A DNA stretch of 64,000 bases from Minisyncoccota bacterium (lineage in GTDB: Bacteria > Patescibacteriota > Minisyncoccia > Phycocordibacterales > XYD1-FULL-46-19): NCBI GenBank assembly GCA_041663165.1, contig JBAZRF010000001.1, positions 736 through 64,735 of the forward strand, given 5' to 3'. Within the stretch, counting starts at the first letter, position 1, and each line of letters opens with the position of its first letter. Both the position numbers and the translations under genes were made by a program. Shown here piece by piece: positions 1-9,571 of this stretch. Under the pieces are notes generated by a model. The model searched no databases and was not told the DNA's origin. It was given only the letters and a program-made list of their open reading frames with translations.

Positions 1-119
1 TTTTTGTTGTCGTTTTTCAACGTGAGCTTCGACAGTTTTTTGACTGGATTTTTGTCTCGACTAGGCGTCTAACTTCTCCGCGCGGCCAGGTTTTATCTAA
101 AGAGGTTTCCTTCTTAATT

Positions 120-644
120 ATGAAAGCGGTTCAAGAAATGGCTGATAAAAAAATTGGTGCCCTAATTGTTCTACCCGGTCAACTACCTCTTGATGGCGTA
201 ATTGAGGGCGGTTTCAGCTTAGATGGGCTAATTTCTGTACCGCTCCTCCTGTCGATTTTTGATGTCACCAGTCCGGGTCATGACGGCGCAGTGGTCGTTG
301 ATGATGATCGGGTTAAAATGTTTGGCGTTCATCTACCCTTGGCTGAAAATTATTCAGCTTCTCGGGTAACGGGGACTCGTCATCGGGCCGCCGTTGGGGT
401 TACCGAGAAGTCCGATGCTCTTGTCATCATTGTCTCTGAAGAACGGGGCGAAATTTCAGTCGCTGAGCATGGTCAATTAAAAAAAATTAAGGAAGCACAT
501 GTTTTAGAAGAACGGGTTAGCCACTTTCTTAGCGAAGCCCAAGAGCCCGAATTTAATCGTTTTTGGTGGGTTTTTTTGGTGCGCAATTGGCGGCTTAAGA
601 TTTTATCTATTGTTTTAGCCATTATTCTCTGGTTAATTATTTAA
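120..644 (+). CDS. Diadenylate cyclase (DAC/DisA_N domain) protein with C-terminal TM helix
   Basis: DAC motifs DGAVVV and GTRHRAAVGVTE are present, plus a C-terminal hydrophobic helix (ILSIVLAIILWLII). An in-frame stop at 99-101 means there is no N-terminal TM region in this frame. Confidence 0.6.
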   Translation: MKAVQEMADKKIGALIVLPGQLPLDGVIEGGFSLDGLISVPLLLSIFDVTSPGHDGAVVVDDDRVKMFGVHLPLAENYSASRVTGTRHRAAVGVTEKSDALVIIVSEERGEISVAEHGQLKKIKEAHVLEERVSHFLSEAQEPEFNRFWWVFLVRNWRLKILSIVLAIILWLII

Positions 645-656
645 GGAAGTATTTAT

Positions 657-2084
657 ATGTATACCAAAAAAACAAAAATCGTGGCAACGATCGGACCGGT
701 CTCGGAAGATGAAAAGACCTTGGAGCGCCTGATAAAACACGGTGTTAATGTTATTCGTCTCAATTTTTCCCACGGTTCTTTTGCTGAACATGGCTTAAGG
801 GTTAAAAAGGTCAGAGAAATTTCGTCTCGACTCGATATTCCCGTTGCTATCTTACAAGATCTTTGTGGCCCCAAGATCAGGATTGGCGATTTCAATGAAG
901 AACGAGTTACCTTGATTGCCGGTAAAGAATTTGTTTTAACGACGACCGAGGGAGTTGGCGACGAACATCGGGTTTGGGTTAATTATCATAATTTGCCTCA
1001 AGAGGTTAAGGCGGGGAATATCATTTTTCTTGATGACGGCAAAAAGAAATTAGTAGTTAAGAGGATCGAAGGTAACGATATTTATTGCGAGGTCATTATT
1101 GGTGGCGAAACTAAGGGGCGACGGGGCGTTAATGTCCCCGGCGCTTATTTATCGCTTAGCTCTTTAACCGACAAAGACAAAAAGGATCTAGAATTTGGCA
1201 TTGAGCAAGGGGTGGATTTTATGGCCCTATCCTTTGTTCGTCGGCCCGAGGACGTGCTTGAATTACGCGAAATATTAAAACAGAAAAAAGCCGGAGAGAT
1301 TAAGATAATTTCAAAAATCGAGACCGAAGAGGGGATCGACAATCTCGATGCCATTTTAGCCGTCTCTGACGGGGTGATGGTGGCTCGTGGCGATCTGGCG
1401 ATTGAGATTCCGGCTGAGCAAGTTCCTTTTGCGCAGAAAACGATCATCAAAAAATGTAATCGGCTAGGTTTACCGGTGATTACCGCCACCCAGATGCTTG
1501 AGTCAATGATCAAATCGCCAACTCCAACGCGGGCCGAGGTCAATGACGTAGCCAATGCCATTTTTGATGGCACGGACGCCGTGATGCTCTCCGAAGAAAC
1601 GACGCTGGGTGAGCATCCCGTCGAGGCGGTAGATGTTATGTCTCGAGTGGCGGTGCAAACTGAAAAGCATCTTGATCACGAAGATTTTTTGGCTAATATT
1701 TGCGCTGACGGCCATTGTCGGCGCAGTGTGGCCGACGCTTTTAGTGAGGCAGCTATCAATGTTGGCCATACAATCGACGCTAGCGCCATCGTGGTACTGA
1801 GCAATTCTGGCTTTACCGCGCGAATGATTTCACGCCTAAAACCTCATCGGCCGTTGATTGTTCTTACACCACAAGAAAAGACTTACAACCAGTTGGCCCT
1901 GTCTTATGCTTGCTATCCGTTGATGGAGAGAAATTTTTCTTCTCTCTCACAAGTTATTGAAGAGTCCAAAGCGATGTTGATTGATAAGAAATTAGTAAAG
2001 AAAAATGATCGAATTATTATTGTCGCCGGTTTGCCCTTGGGCCAGTCTGGGGCGACCAATACGGTTATTGCTGAGACGATCTAG
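657..2084 (+). CDS. pyk: Pyruvate kinase
   Basis: Full-length PK fold motifs (KIVATIGP, ...MVARGDLAIEIP...). RBS AAGGAAG lies upstream. Confidence 0.93.
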   Translation: MYTKKTKIVATIGPVSEDEKTLERLIKHGVNVIRLNFSHGSFAEHGLRVKKVREISSRLDIPVAILQDLCGPKIRIGDFNEERVTLIAGKEFVLTTTEGVGDEHRVWVNYHNLPQEVKAGNIIFLDDGKKKLVVKRIEGNDIYCEVIIGGETKGRRGVNVPGAYLSLSSLTDKDKKDLEFGIEQGVDFMALSFVRRPEDVLELREILKQKKAGEIKIISKIETEEGIDNLDAILAVSDGVMVARGDLAIEIPAEQVPFAQKTIIKKCNRLGLPVITATQMLESMIKSPTPTRAEVNDVANAIFDGTDAVMLSEETTLGEHPVEAVDVMSRVAVQTEKHLDHEDFLANICADGHCRRSVADAFSEAAINVGHTIDASAIVVLSNSGFTARMISRLKPHRPLIVLTPQEKTYNQLALSYACYPLMERNFSSLSQVIEESKAMLIDKKLVKKNDRIIIVAGLPLGQSGATNTVIAETI

Positions 2085-2177
2085 CTTTCCCTTAAACCAA
2101 TTGGCCGGCTGTTCGCGTATGCTATAATGCGAGCAGCAAAGCTCCCATTATTAATTTCGTTGTTAATATAAATTAAG

Positions 2178-2537
2178 ATGAGAATCAATATTAAAGCAAC
2201 CGGGATTGAGTTGACGCCAGCGTTAACCAATTACGTTAATGACAAGGTTGGCATGCTCGACAAACTGGTCGCTAATTTTGGCGAGGTATTGGCTAACGTG
2301 GAGATTGGCAAAGAAACTAATCATCATAAAACCGGCAATTGGTTTTTTGCCGAGATAAATCTTAATTACCCGGGCCGGACCTTGCGCCACGTGGTTGAAG
2401 AGTCAGATTTATACGCGGCGATTGATAAAGCTAAAGATGGTATGGCCGAAGAAATTCGCGCCTCTGAAAAAAAGAAAAAATCGTTGTTTCGCCGTGGCGC
2501 GCGGGCGCTCAAGAATGTCTTTAGCCGTGGCGCTTAA
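2178..2537 (+). CDS. hpf: Ribosome hibernation promoting factor / RaiA family
   Basis: N-terminus MRINIKATGIELTPAL...YVNDKV is typical of HPF/YfiA. About 119 aa. Confidence 0.8.
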   Translation: MRINIKATGIELTPALTNYVNDKVGMLDKLVANFGEVLANVEIGKETNHHKTGNWFFAEINLNYPGRTLRHVVEESDLYAAIDKAKDGMAEEIRASEKKKKSLFRRGARALKNVFSRGA

Positions 2538-2560
2538 TAAGTAAAATAAGGTGAAGCTGT

Positions 2561-3487
2561 TTATTTTTTAAAGCCGTTCAAAAAAGCTACCCAGGTCATT
2601 TCTTTGCGCCCTTCAGGGGTAACTAAATCATAAACAAGCTCATTCTCTTCAAGGTGGGCCTGCCTTATAATCACTCGAATTTTGCCGGTTGGACCGGGGT
2701 ACTCGAGGTAAGTACCGGGCCAAGGATTAAGCGCCAAGATTTTTCGGTAATTAATAAGAGTGGAGGAGCTTGGATCAAGGAAGCCGTCTGGCTTTACAAA
2801 CTTTTTGGTATAGGTGGCTTGATCGTGGCCCTGTTCTTGCAGTTCAATTTTACCTGCCTGCGCAGGCAGGTCAGACAAATAATCGGGCAAAAATTTTACC
2901 AACAATTCTGCGCCTAGCTCGGCCGTTTTGTCGCGCAATTGTTCAAAATTGTATAAGGGGACACCTTGTTCTGAACTCAAGTCGAAGGGTTCTTGCGCCA
3001 AAACCGGGCCATGATCCATCTCGGTATCCAATTTGATAATGGTTACCCCCGTCTCAGAATCGCCGTTTAGAATCGCTGTCTCGAGTGGCGACGGTCCGCG
3101 ATATTTAGGTAATAGCGATGGATGAATATTAAGTGTGCCATGAGTTGGTAAATCCAAAATTTCCTGTGGAATAATTTTGCCATAACTAGCGACGAGCGAA
3201 AAATCCAATTTTTCGAAGTCTTTTTTTGAAAGCTGGTCAGAAGTCGTACTTTGTGGAACTAAGTCCGACTTCGGGTCAGCGAGAAAGTTCTTCAAACTTG
3301 CCGGCTGAATTATCTTCACCCCATTTTCCTCTCCCCAAACCTTCACCAGCGGGGGAGTCATAATCATTTTTCGTCCCTTTGGTTTATCAGGCACCGTAAC
3401 AATCAAGGAGGGGACAAGCCCTCTGCCTTTTAATGTTTCCAAAACCTTTACACTAAACTCATCAGTGCCGAAAAAAGCAAAATTCAT
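2561..3487 (-). CDS. fmt: Methionyl-tRNA formyltransferase
   Basis: Fmt motifs (FFGTDEFS, SLLPKYRGPSPL). The start is moved to the internal Met MNFAFFG at 3487. A TATAAT and a GGAG-like RBS lie immediately upstream. The gene is adjacent to def. Confidence 0.88.
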   Translation of the reverse strand: MNFAFFGTDEFSVKVLETLKGRGLVPSLIVTVPDKPKGRKMIMTPPLVKVWGEENGVKIIQPASLKNFLADPKSDLVPQSTTSDQLSKKDFEKLDFSLVASYGKIIPQEILDLPTHGTLNIHPSLLPKYRGPSPLETAILNGDSETGVTIIKLDTEMDHGPVLAQEPFDLSSEQGVPLYNFEQLRDKTAELGAELLVKFLPDYLSDLPAQAGKIELQEQGHDQATYTKKFVKPDGFLDPSSSTLINYRKILALNPWPGTYLEYPGPTGKIRVIIRQAHLEENELVYDLVTPEGRKEMTWVAFLNGFKK

Positions 3488-3580
3488 GCTCCAATTATAG
3501 CAAAAATGATGATTCTGGTCACTTGACAAATTACTGATATAAGAGTATAATCAAGAGCAGGATTGGAAAGGAGATCTAGC

Positions 3581-3697
3581 ATGAACAAAATTGGCGCCTT
3601 CCTAACTGGCCTTGTGGCTGGCTACGGTAAGCAGGTGTCTCGCGCTTGGCAAGATGTTATTGCCGCGGCGATTGCCGTGGCGCGAGCTATCCACTAG
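3581..3697 (+). CDS. Small hypothetical protein (38 aa, hydrophobic/Ala-rich)
   Basis: ATG preceded by the strong RBS GGAAAGGAG in a fmt-def intergenic gap. It falls below the ORF-track size cutoff. Confidence 0.3.
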   Translation: MNKIGAFLTGLVAGYGKQVSRAWQDVIAAAIAVARAIH

Positions 3698-3757
3698 ACC
3701 GACTCCTCGTTTTTACAGGGATATCCCCTGGGGTCCGAGTTTGGGATTCCGGGGGGT

Positions 3758-4276
3758 TTATTTTTTAACTTCCGGTTTATATTCTTTTAACTCTTTTGTT
3801 TTTTCGATAAACAGAACGCCATTTAAGTGGTCGGTCTCGTGCTGAAAGATTTGGGCCAAGAGGCCGGTGCCAGAGCGAGTAAATTTTTTGCCATCAATAT
3901 CATAAGCAGTGACGGTGGCTTTGACTGAACGCCTCACTTCGCCATAAAGCCAGCGCACCGATAAGCAACCCTCCTCCATGGTCATTTTTTCTTTAGATAA
4001 TTTAGTTAATTCAGGATTAATAAAAACCAAATCCGGTTTTATTTTCTTTGCTTCAAAATCTTCCTCGTTTGTAAAAATTCGGCCCGAGACAACGAAAATT
4101 CGTAACGGCAGGCCGATTTGCGGCGCCGCTAGTGCCACCCCGTCGTCTTCTTTAGCCAGCGCTTCGCTCATATCGGTGATAATTTTTTTCAGTTTGGGCG
4201 TACCAAAAAGCTCCTTACCCACCTCCTCAGCGGGCTGATGAAGCACCTCATTTTCTTTTTGCACAATCTTGACCAT
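3758..4276 (-). CDS. def: Peptide deformylase
   Basis: Motifs EGCLS and QHETDHLNG. Classic def-fmt arrangement. Confidence 0.92.
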   Translation of the reverse strand: MVKIVQKENEVLHQPAEEVGKELFGTPKLKKIITDMSEALAKEDDGVALAAPQIGLPLRIFVVSGRIFTNEEDFEAKKIKPDLVFINPELTKLSKEKMTMEEGCLSVRWLYGEVRRSVKATVTAYDIDGKKFTRSGTGLLAQIFQHETDHLNGVLFIEKTKELKEYKPEVKK

Positions 4277-4831
4277 AGCTAATAACTATAATTTACAACA
4301 AAAAACTCAATAAGTCGAACCCAGTTCTGGACAAATGTTCTTTTGAGCCCATAATGGTAATAGAAAGAGTGCAGTTCAAACAGGATGAGGAGGCGCGCCA
4401 TGAAACTGTGCGTTATTGCCAGAGCATTACACCCTAATAAGGGTCGGAACCCCAGATCGGCCGTAGCCAACATAACCGCGGTCGAACTGGTTGCCGACAC
4501 CACACCCGTTTTTGGCCTACCGATGACTACTACGGTTGTCATCTACAACGGGGTGACATATCCACTGAAGGGGATTAGAGCCGATGGACTTAGTCCGGAG
4601 CAGGGGATCGTTTCTCTGTTGATCGGTTTGGAAAACGATTCCGAGGGTGTGGGGGAAAGGTGTATGGAATTGTTTACCGACCAGCCCTGGGGCAACGGCA
4701 CACCCTGTGCGGCTATCCGAGCCCTTGTTAAGACGCTGGTGGAAAAGAAGATGCGGCCACGGCGGTGGTGATTGAGTTGCCCGTCTCGCAACAACGAACC
4801 CGAATCGTTTGCGCGAGGCGGGTTCTGTTGC
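4277..4831. other. GC-rich (~57%) non-coding-looking block between priA and def; possible structured RNA or degraded foreign insert
   Basis: There is a sharp GC shift relative to the flanks. Only overlapping unconserved ORFs occur on both strands, with many GC-rich helices. I could not match it to RNase P, tmRNA, SRP RNA or group II domain V consensus by eye. Confidence 0.3.
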
Positions 4832-6748
4832 TTATAAAACACTCTCAGGGTCTACTCGGATGATAAAAGTTGGTGGTAATGATTTGAGAATGGACAATAG
4901 TTTTTTATCGGGCCAGGCAGAGGTCGAAAGTTTAACTAAAATATTTAGAACAGGGAAGCCCTTAATGCTTTTGGTTAATGAGGGATAGATAATTGGCTGC
5001 CACTCGGCTAGAGATTTTTCTAATTGGGTCATATCTTTTTTTATTTCTTCTTTTTTACCTTCGCGCGAAATTTTAATTAAGACTTTAAACGGCGGATAAC
5101 CGATCTGTCGGCGTTCTTCAATTTCGTCGCGGTAAAAATCAAGCAAATTGCCGGAGAGTACATACTGAAAGACCTTTTCGTCTGGATTGCGCGTCTGGAT
5201 AAAGAGGCGTTTGCTGGCTAAGAGTCGGAGGCGTAGCAATTCGCTAAATAGTTTTTCACCCAAGCGATAATCGGGTTTGGCAAATAAATGATCTAGGCCA
5301 ACCATGGCGATGTTCTCGATTTTTTCACCCAAATAGTTTAAGGCCATTTCTGTGCCGATGAGCACTGAGCCTGGCGATGAATAAAACTTGGCCATGATTT
5401 CTTTGGCTCTCGTCGGCGTTTTGGCGTTATCGCTATCAAGACGAAAAACATTAATGTTGGGCAAACTCTTTTTTATTTCCTGCTCAATTTTCTCAGCGCC
5501 TAAACCAAGTAGAGCCAAACGAACACCCCCGCAATTTGAACATTTGTCTTCTACTTCGACAACCTGTCCGCATTTGTGGCATAAAAATAAATGTTCATCG
5601 TTTACGGCCAGAGAATCCCTTTTATTTTTTTGATGAATAGTGAGTGCCGAGTGACAAATGTCACAAGCCATTACTAGTCCGCAATCATTACAAATGGTCA
5701 CCGGTGTTAGACCCCGCTGGCCGGCAAAAATAAAAAATTGTTCGTTATTGTCGCCAGCATTCTCGATTTGTGCCAGCAATCTTTCGCCAAGAGAATTCAA
5801 AATATCTAAATCATCCTTTTTGTCTTTTTTTATCAGGGGCCAGAGCTGCTGTTTAATGTCCGAATAAACTCGATATTTGATCGCTGTGGCTGGCGTAATC
5901 TCGCCTCGGCCGAGACGATAAATTGTTTCGCTACGCAGAGCAATGTCGCCAAAAATGAGGCGAATCTTTTTTTCTTCGGACAATTTCTCCGCGAAAAATC
6001 TCCAATCGACGTGTGGCCGGGAAAAATTTTTGTAGGTACTCGAATTTTCTTTTTCCAAAATTAAAGTGGTAATGTCGGCTCGGGGGAGGGATAAAAAGAG
6101 GGGAGTGGCAACGATCAAAACTGGATGAGTCGTGGTCAAAACCTTTTTCCATAAACTCAACAATTGATTTTTGGCCAGTCCGCCATGAAGGACTGTAACA
6201 TATTGTTCAATCCCTTTAGAAATTAAAGGGACTACTCGCTCGATGTCGGGGAGGGTTGGCAAGCAAAGGAAAATTGATTGTTTCTTGGCAAAACTCTCCC
6301 GAATGAGGCTTCGATAAAAAGACAGTCTCTCTTCGTCAGGTTCTTGGATCGCTAGAAATTCGGCCAGGATCTTTTCTCGGGGATCTTCCCAGTCTGGCAA
6401 TTTTACGTCCGGCAACCGGTCAAGAATTGTTTGCGGTATCAGAGATTTAATTACCTGACCGGGAAAAGTGGCATAATACTCGGCGGTTAAGTTGGCGGCC
6501 TTAATGAACTCCGGAGAAAAATACCCTTCCTTTTTTACCCGATTTATTTTTCGCCAGCCAAAGTCAGTTTTTTTAATTTGAATTTTGAGATCTTTGACTG
6601 ATTTTTCGGCAACGATTAAACCATCGATCATTTTATTTCTGATCGGTATCGAGACGAGCGATCCTAAGGGTATTTCTTTGGCGGTAAAATAAGAGAGAGA
6701 ATCCCGCCAAACGCCCTTGCTGATGGGAATAACACTAACGATTTTCAT
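4832..6748 (-). CDS. priA: Primosomal protein N' (PriA)-like, with degenerate helicase motifs
   Basis: PriA-type Cys4+Cys4 zinc-binding region (CNDCG...CDICH...CHKCG...CSNCGG) and PriA-like helicase core architecture. Walker A and DExH positions are not conserved (FLCLPT / EKENSS). Confidence 0.7.
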   Translation of the reverse strand: MKIVSVIPISKGVWRDSLSYFTAKEIPLGSLVSIPIRNKMIDGLIVAEKSVKDLKIQIKKTDFGWRKINRVKKEGYFSPEFIKAANLTAEYYATFPGQVIKSLIPQTILDRLPDVKLPDWEDPREKILAEFLAIQEPDEERLSFYRSLIRESFAKKQSIFLCLPTLPDIERVVPLISKGIEQYVTVLHGGLAKNQLLSLWKKVLTTTHPVLIVATPLFLSLPRADITTLILEKENSSTYKNFSRPHVDWRFFAEKLSEEKKIRLIFGDIALRSETIYRLGRGEITPATAIKYRVYSDIKQQLWPLIKKDKKDDLDILNSLGERLLAQIENAGDNNEQFFIFAGQRGLTPVTICNDCGLVMACDICHSALTIHQKNKRDSLAVNDEHLFLCHKCGQVVEVEDKCSNCGGVRLALLGLGAEKIEQEIKKSLPNINVFRLDSDNAKTPTRAKEIMAKFYSSPGSVLIGTEMALNYLGEKIENIAMVGLDHLFAKPDYRLGEKLFSELLRLRLLASKRLFIQTRNPDEKVFQYVLSGNLLDFYRDEIEERRQIGYPPFKVLIKISREGKKEEIKKDMTQLEKSLAEWQPIIYPSLTKSIKGFPVLNILVKLSTSAWPDKKLLSILKSLPPTFIIRVDPESVL

Positions 6749-6844
6749 GGCGATATATTACCCGGCAGTATATCGGCTTTGCTAGATATCCACAACTCGG
6801 CCAAAAACTTTCCTCTTTTCTGGTTAAGTTATATAATGAAATGA

Positions 6845-7483
6845 ATGAAAGGGGTTATCTGGTTAGCTTCCGGGTTGATGCTCTCGCTTTTGTTGGTGAG
6901 TGGCATTAGTGTGGGTTCTCAACTTGCCGAATCGGGCAATTTTTTCGCCACACAAGATTTAAAAGTTATTGGCCAGTCTTCAAGTCGAGCTTTAGGAAAA
7001 ATAAATCAAGGGCTTAATTCTCAACTCAGCCCCCTTAAAAATTCGGCCGCGGTCGTCACCACCGGGAATATTTTTTCTGCTTGGCTCCCTTCTCTTACTA
7101 ATTGGCTCGGTAACTTATGGCAGAGAGCAGTTAGCGCCTGGAAGAATTTTCTTGGCTTAACGTCCCAAGAATCGCAAATTACTCCAGCCATGCGAGAGCA
7201 AATTAGGCAAGAGCTGTTAGCCGAATTAAAAAATCAGGGCTTATTTAACTCAAACCTATCAACAAATACTGATGCTTTGGGCACCAGATATGGCATTATG
7301 GTGGCTCCGTCTACTGGCTCAACGACTCGCGACGAATTGTTAAAGAAGAGTTTAAGTCAAATGTTTGCCGATCAAGTTAGTTTGAGGTTTGATCAAACCG
7401 GAATGTCTGGTGTCGTTACTCCAACTTTTCGAGATGGTCGAAAAGGCGGCGATTATATCTTTGTGCTAACTCCTTTACCCTAG
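6845..7483 (+). CDS. Hypothetical secreted/membrane-anchored protein
   Basis: N-terminal signal/TM helix. No recognisable domain. Confidence 0.5.
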   Translation: MKGVIWLASGLMLSLLLVSGISVGSQLAESGNFFATQDLKVIGQSSSRALGKINQGLNSQLSPLKNSAAVVTTGNIFSAWLPSLTNWLGNLWQRAVSAWKNFLGLTSQESQITPAMREQIRQELLAELKNQGLFNSNLSTNTDALGTRYGIMVAPSTGSTTRDELLKKSLSQMFADQVSLRFDQTGMSGVVTPTFRDGRKGGDYIFVLTPLP

Positions 7484-7489
7484 ATTAAA

Positions 7490-9493
7490 ATGAAGAAATT
7501 ACTCATTGGTCTATTAGCGGCGACTTTTCTTATCTCGATAACTGCCGGGATTGCCTCGGCTTACGTGGCGGCCAGCCCCAATTATAAATTAGAGAAGGAT
7601 AGCTTTAATTTTGGTGGGACGGAGTCTTCAGCTTCGGCTAATTATTTAAATAGCGGTACCCTGGGCGAAATAGTTTCCGGTCTTTCTAACGGTAGTAGTT
7701 ATAATGCGAGCACGGGTTATCGCTATATGAATCTAGATTCAAACAGTCCACCAACTGTTATCCGTGGTTGTACCGACCCAAGAGCTTCTAACTATAATCC
7801 GAGGGCAACTCAAAATGATGGTAGTTGTACCTATCCTCCGAGTGGTGGAACTAGGGGTTGTACTGATTCAAGAGCTTCTAACTATAATCCCAGCGCGACG
7901 ATTGATGATGGTAGTTGTACCTACCCACCCGGGGTTATCCGTGGTTGTACCGACCCAAGAGCTTCTAACTATAATCCCAGCGCGACGATTGATGATGGTA
8001 ATTGTACCTACGTGACCGGAGGTATTTTGGGCTGTCTTGATCCTCGGGCCCTTAATTATAATCCGAGAGCAACCGAAGATAATGGCAATTGCACTTATCC
8101 TCCCGGGCCGAGTCTAATTGGTTGTACCAACCCCAAAGCCAACAACTATAATTCGGCCGCTACTCAAGACGATGGGAGCTGTATCTATAGCCCATTTTAC
8201 TCAACAAGCACTGAAGAAATTATTACTCAACCGTCAAGTGATTGGGATTTTCGCTTCATTCAGCCTCAAGAAAAGGTCAAAACTTTCGACAATAAAATGA
8301 GGGTTTGGGTCTTAGGCGAAAAAGATTTAACCATCCTTTTTAATTACAATTTGGCGCCAAGAACTTTAAAAACAATCGGGGTTACCCTAACTGATCCCAA
8401 AGACAAAACAAAGACCTTCTCCTTTTTAATGCATCAAAGTAAAGACGGGGCATCTTATGAAGCAACAATTGCCCCACTTCTTCGCCAGGGGACTTACCCG
8501 GCCGATATTTATATTATCAGTTATGACAGTCAGGCCGTAAAACATATTAAGGGGCGCCTAATTGTTTCGGGGGTGGGAATTTTACCAATCATTGCTCTTA
8601 CCGGATTAGCCCTTAGCTTTTTGCCTTCGCTCTATAATCTATTGGTTGCTCTTTACCAGTTATTTAGCTATTTCTTTGGCCGACGCAAGAATGATAACCC
8701 CTGGGGAACAGTGTATGACTCGGTAACTAAGCGCCCGCTCGATCCGGCCTATCTGACAGTTAGTCAGGGTAGTTTGCCGACTCAGGCTGGTAAAGAAATT
8801 TCGACGGCGATCACCGATATTGATGGACGTTTCAGCTTCTTTTTGCCGGCCGGGGTCTACACCATTAAGGCGAACAAAACTCATTATCGTTTTCCTTCAG
8901 AAAGGTTGGCGGGCAAGAATTCTGACGAGCTGTACAATCATCTTTATTTTGGTAATCAATTTACGACGAACGGCGAGTCGGTTATAAACATTAACATTCC
9001 CATGGACCCGCTTGATTTTGATTGGAACGAGTTTGCCAAAACCAAAACTAATTTCTTTGAATTTTATAATCGGCGCCAATTATGGCTCAGCCGGCTTTAT
9101 AAACTGATTTTTGCTTCGGGCTTTCTCTTGTCAGCTTATGTTTCTTTTGTTTCTCCTTCCGTTTGGAATATCATTATTTTTGCTCTCTACATCGTAATTT
9201 TAGCCATCAATCGCTTTTGGAATAATCGTCAAAAACCACTACAAATCATCGATTCTCGCACCGGTGAACCATTACCCTTTGCTATTCTGCGAGTCTTTTT
9301 GCCCGAACTTAACCAACAAATTAAATATACCGTCGCCGACAAATTGGGACGTTTTTACCTCTTAGTTCGTCCCGGTGCCTACTATTACACAATTGAAGAA
9401 AAACAGTCTGACGGCTCTTATCTTAAGGTTTTGCAATCAAATTTATTAAACCTGCCCAAGGGTATTTTGACAGGGAACATTTATGTGAAATAA
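7490..9493 (+). CDS. Large surface/membrane protein: signal peptide, 5 tandem Cys-containing ~29-aa repeats, TM helices, two CarboxypepD_reg-like beta domains
   Basis: Repeat units (R)GCTDPRASNYNPSATIDDGSCTYPP x5 span about 7760-8190. Hydrophobic helices follow. DGRFSF...GVYTIKA and GRFYLLVRPGAYYYT segments resemble carboxypeptidase regulatory-like folds. Confidence 0.6.
   Translation: MKKLLIGLLAATFLISITAGIASAYVAASPNYKLEKDSFNFGGTESSASANYLNSGTLGEIVSGLSNGSSYNASTGYRYMNLDSNSPPTVIRGCTDPRASNYNPRATQNDGSCTYPPSGGTRGCTDSRASNYNPSATIDDGSCTYPPGVIRGCTDPRASNYNPSATIDDGNCTYVTGGILGCLDPRALNYNPRATEDNGNCTYPPGPSLIGCTNPKANNYNSAATQDDGSCIYSPFYSTSTEEIITQPSSDWDFRFIQPQEKVKTFDNKMRVWVLGEKDLTILFNYNLAPRTLKTIGVTLTDPKDKTKTFSFLMHQSKDGASYEATIAPLLRQGTYPADIYIISYDSQAVKHIKGRLIVSGVGILPIIALTGLALSFLPSLYNLLVALYQLFSYFFGRRKNDNPWGTVYDSVTKRPLDPAYLTVSQGSLPTQAGKEISTAITDIDGRFSFFLPAGVYTIKANKTHYRFPSERLAGKNSDELYNHLYFGNQFTTNGESVININIPMDPLDFDWNEFAKTKTNFFEFYNRRQLWLSRLYKLIFASGFLLSAYVSFVSPSVWNIIIFALYIVILAINRFWNNRQKPLQIIDSRTGEPLPFAILRVFLPELNQQIKYTVADKLGRFYLLVRPGAYYYTIEEKQSDGSYLKVLQSNLLNLPKGILTGNIYVK
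7760..8190 (+). repeat. Tandem ~87-90 nt coding repeats (5 copies; copies 2 and 3 nearly identical at DNA level)
   Basis: Direct reading: the segment ggttgtaccgacccaagagcttctaactataatcccagcgcgacgattgatgatggta occurs twice, with diverged copies flanking it. Confidence 0.8.
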
Positions 9494-9571
9494 ATCTCTC
9501 CTCCCCCCGCCAGACCTCAAATGAGCCCGAGGTGTGGCGGGTTAGGTATTTTTGTGAAATAATGAGCCATA

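Noticed and set aside
1145-1769. Antisense ORFs inside pyk (1145-1573, 1503-1769 minus strand). There are many similar antisense or overlapping ORFs elsewhere, such as 2654-3036, 9517-10230, 23135-23701 and 62606-63109.
   Set aside because: They lie wholly within well-supported genes on the opposite strand or in another frame. They have no RBS and their composition is biased, so they are spurious.
4277-4831. I tried to read the GC-rich block as RNase P RNA, tmRNA or group II intron domain V.
   Set aside because: ACAGAACCCGCC occurs on the minus strand, but at the 5' end rather than the 3' end. No GGAAAGUCCGG or AGGGUGAAA blocks are present, and there is no tmRNA tag-reading frame or terminal tRNA-like structure. 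The block is left unassigned.
7764-8300. ORFs 7764-8015 and 8118-8300 in alternative frames of the repeat region.
   Set aside because: They are frame-shifted echoes of the tandem repeats inside the 667-aa gene.
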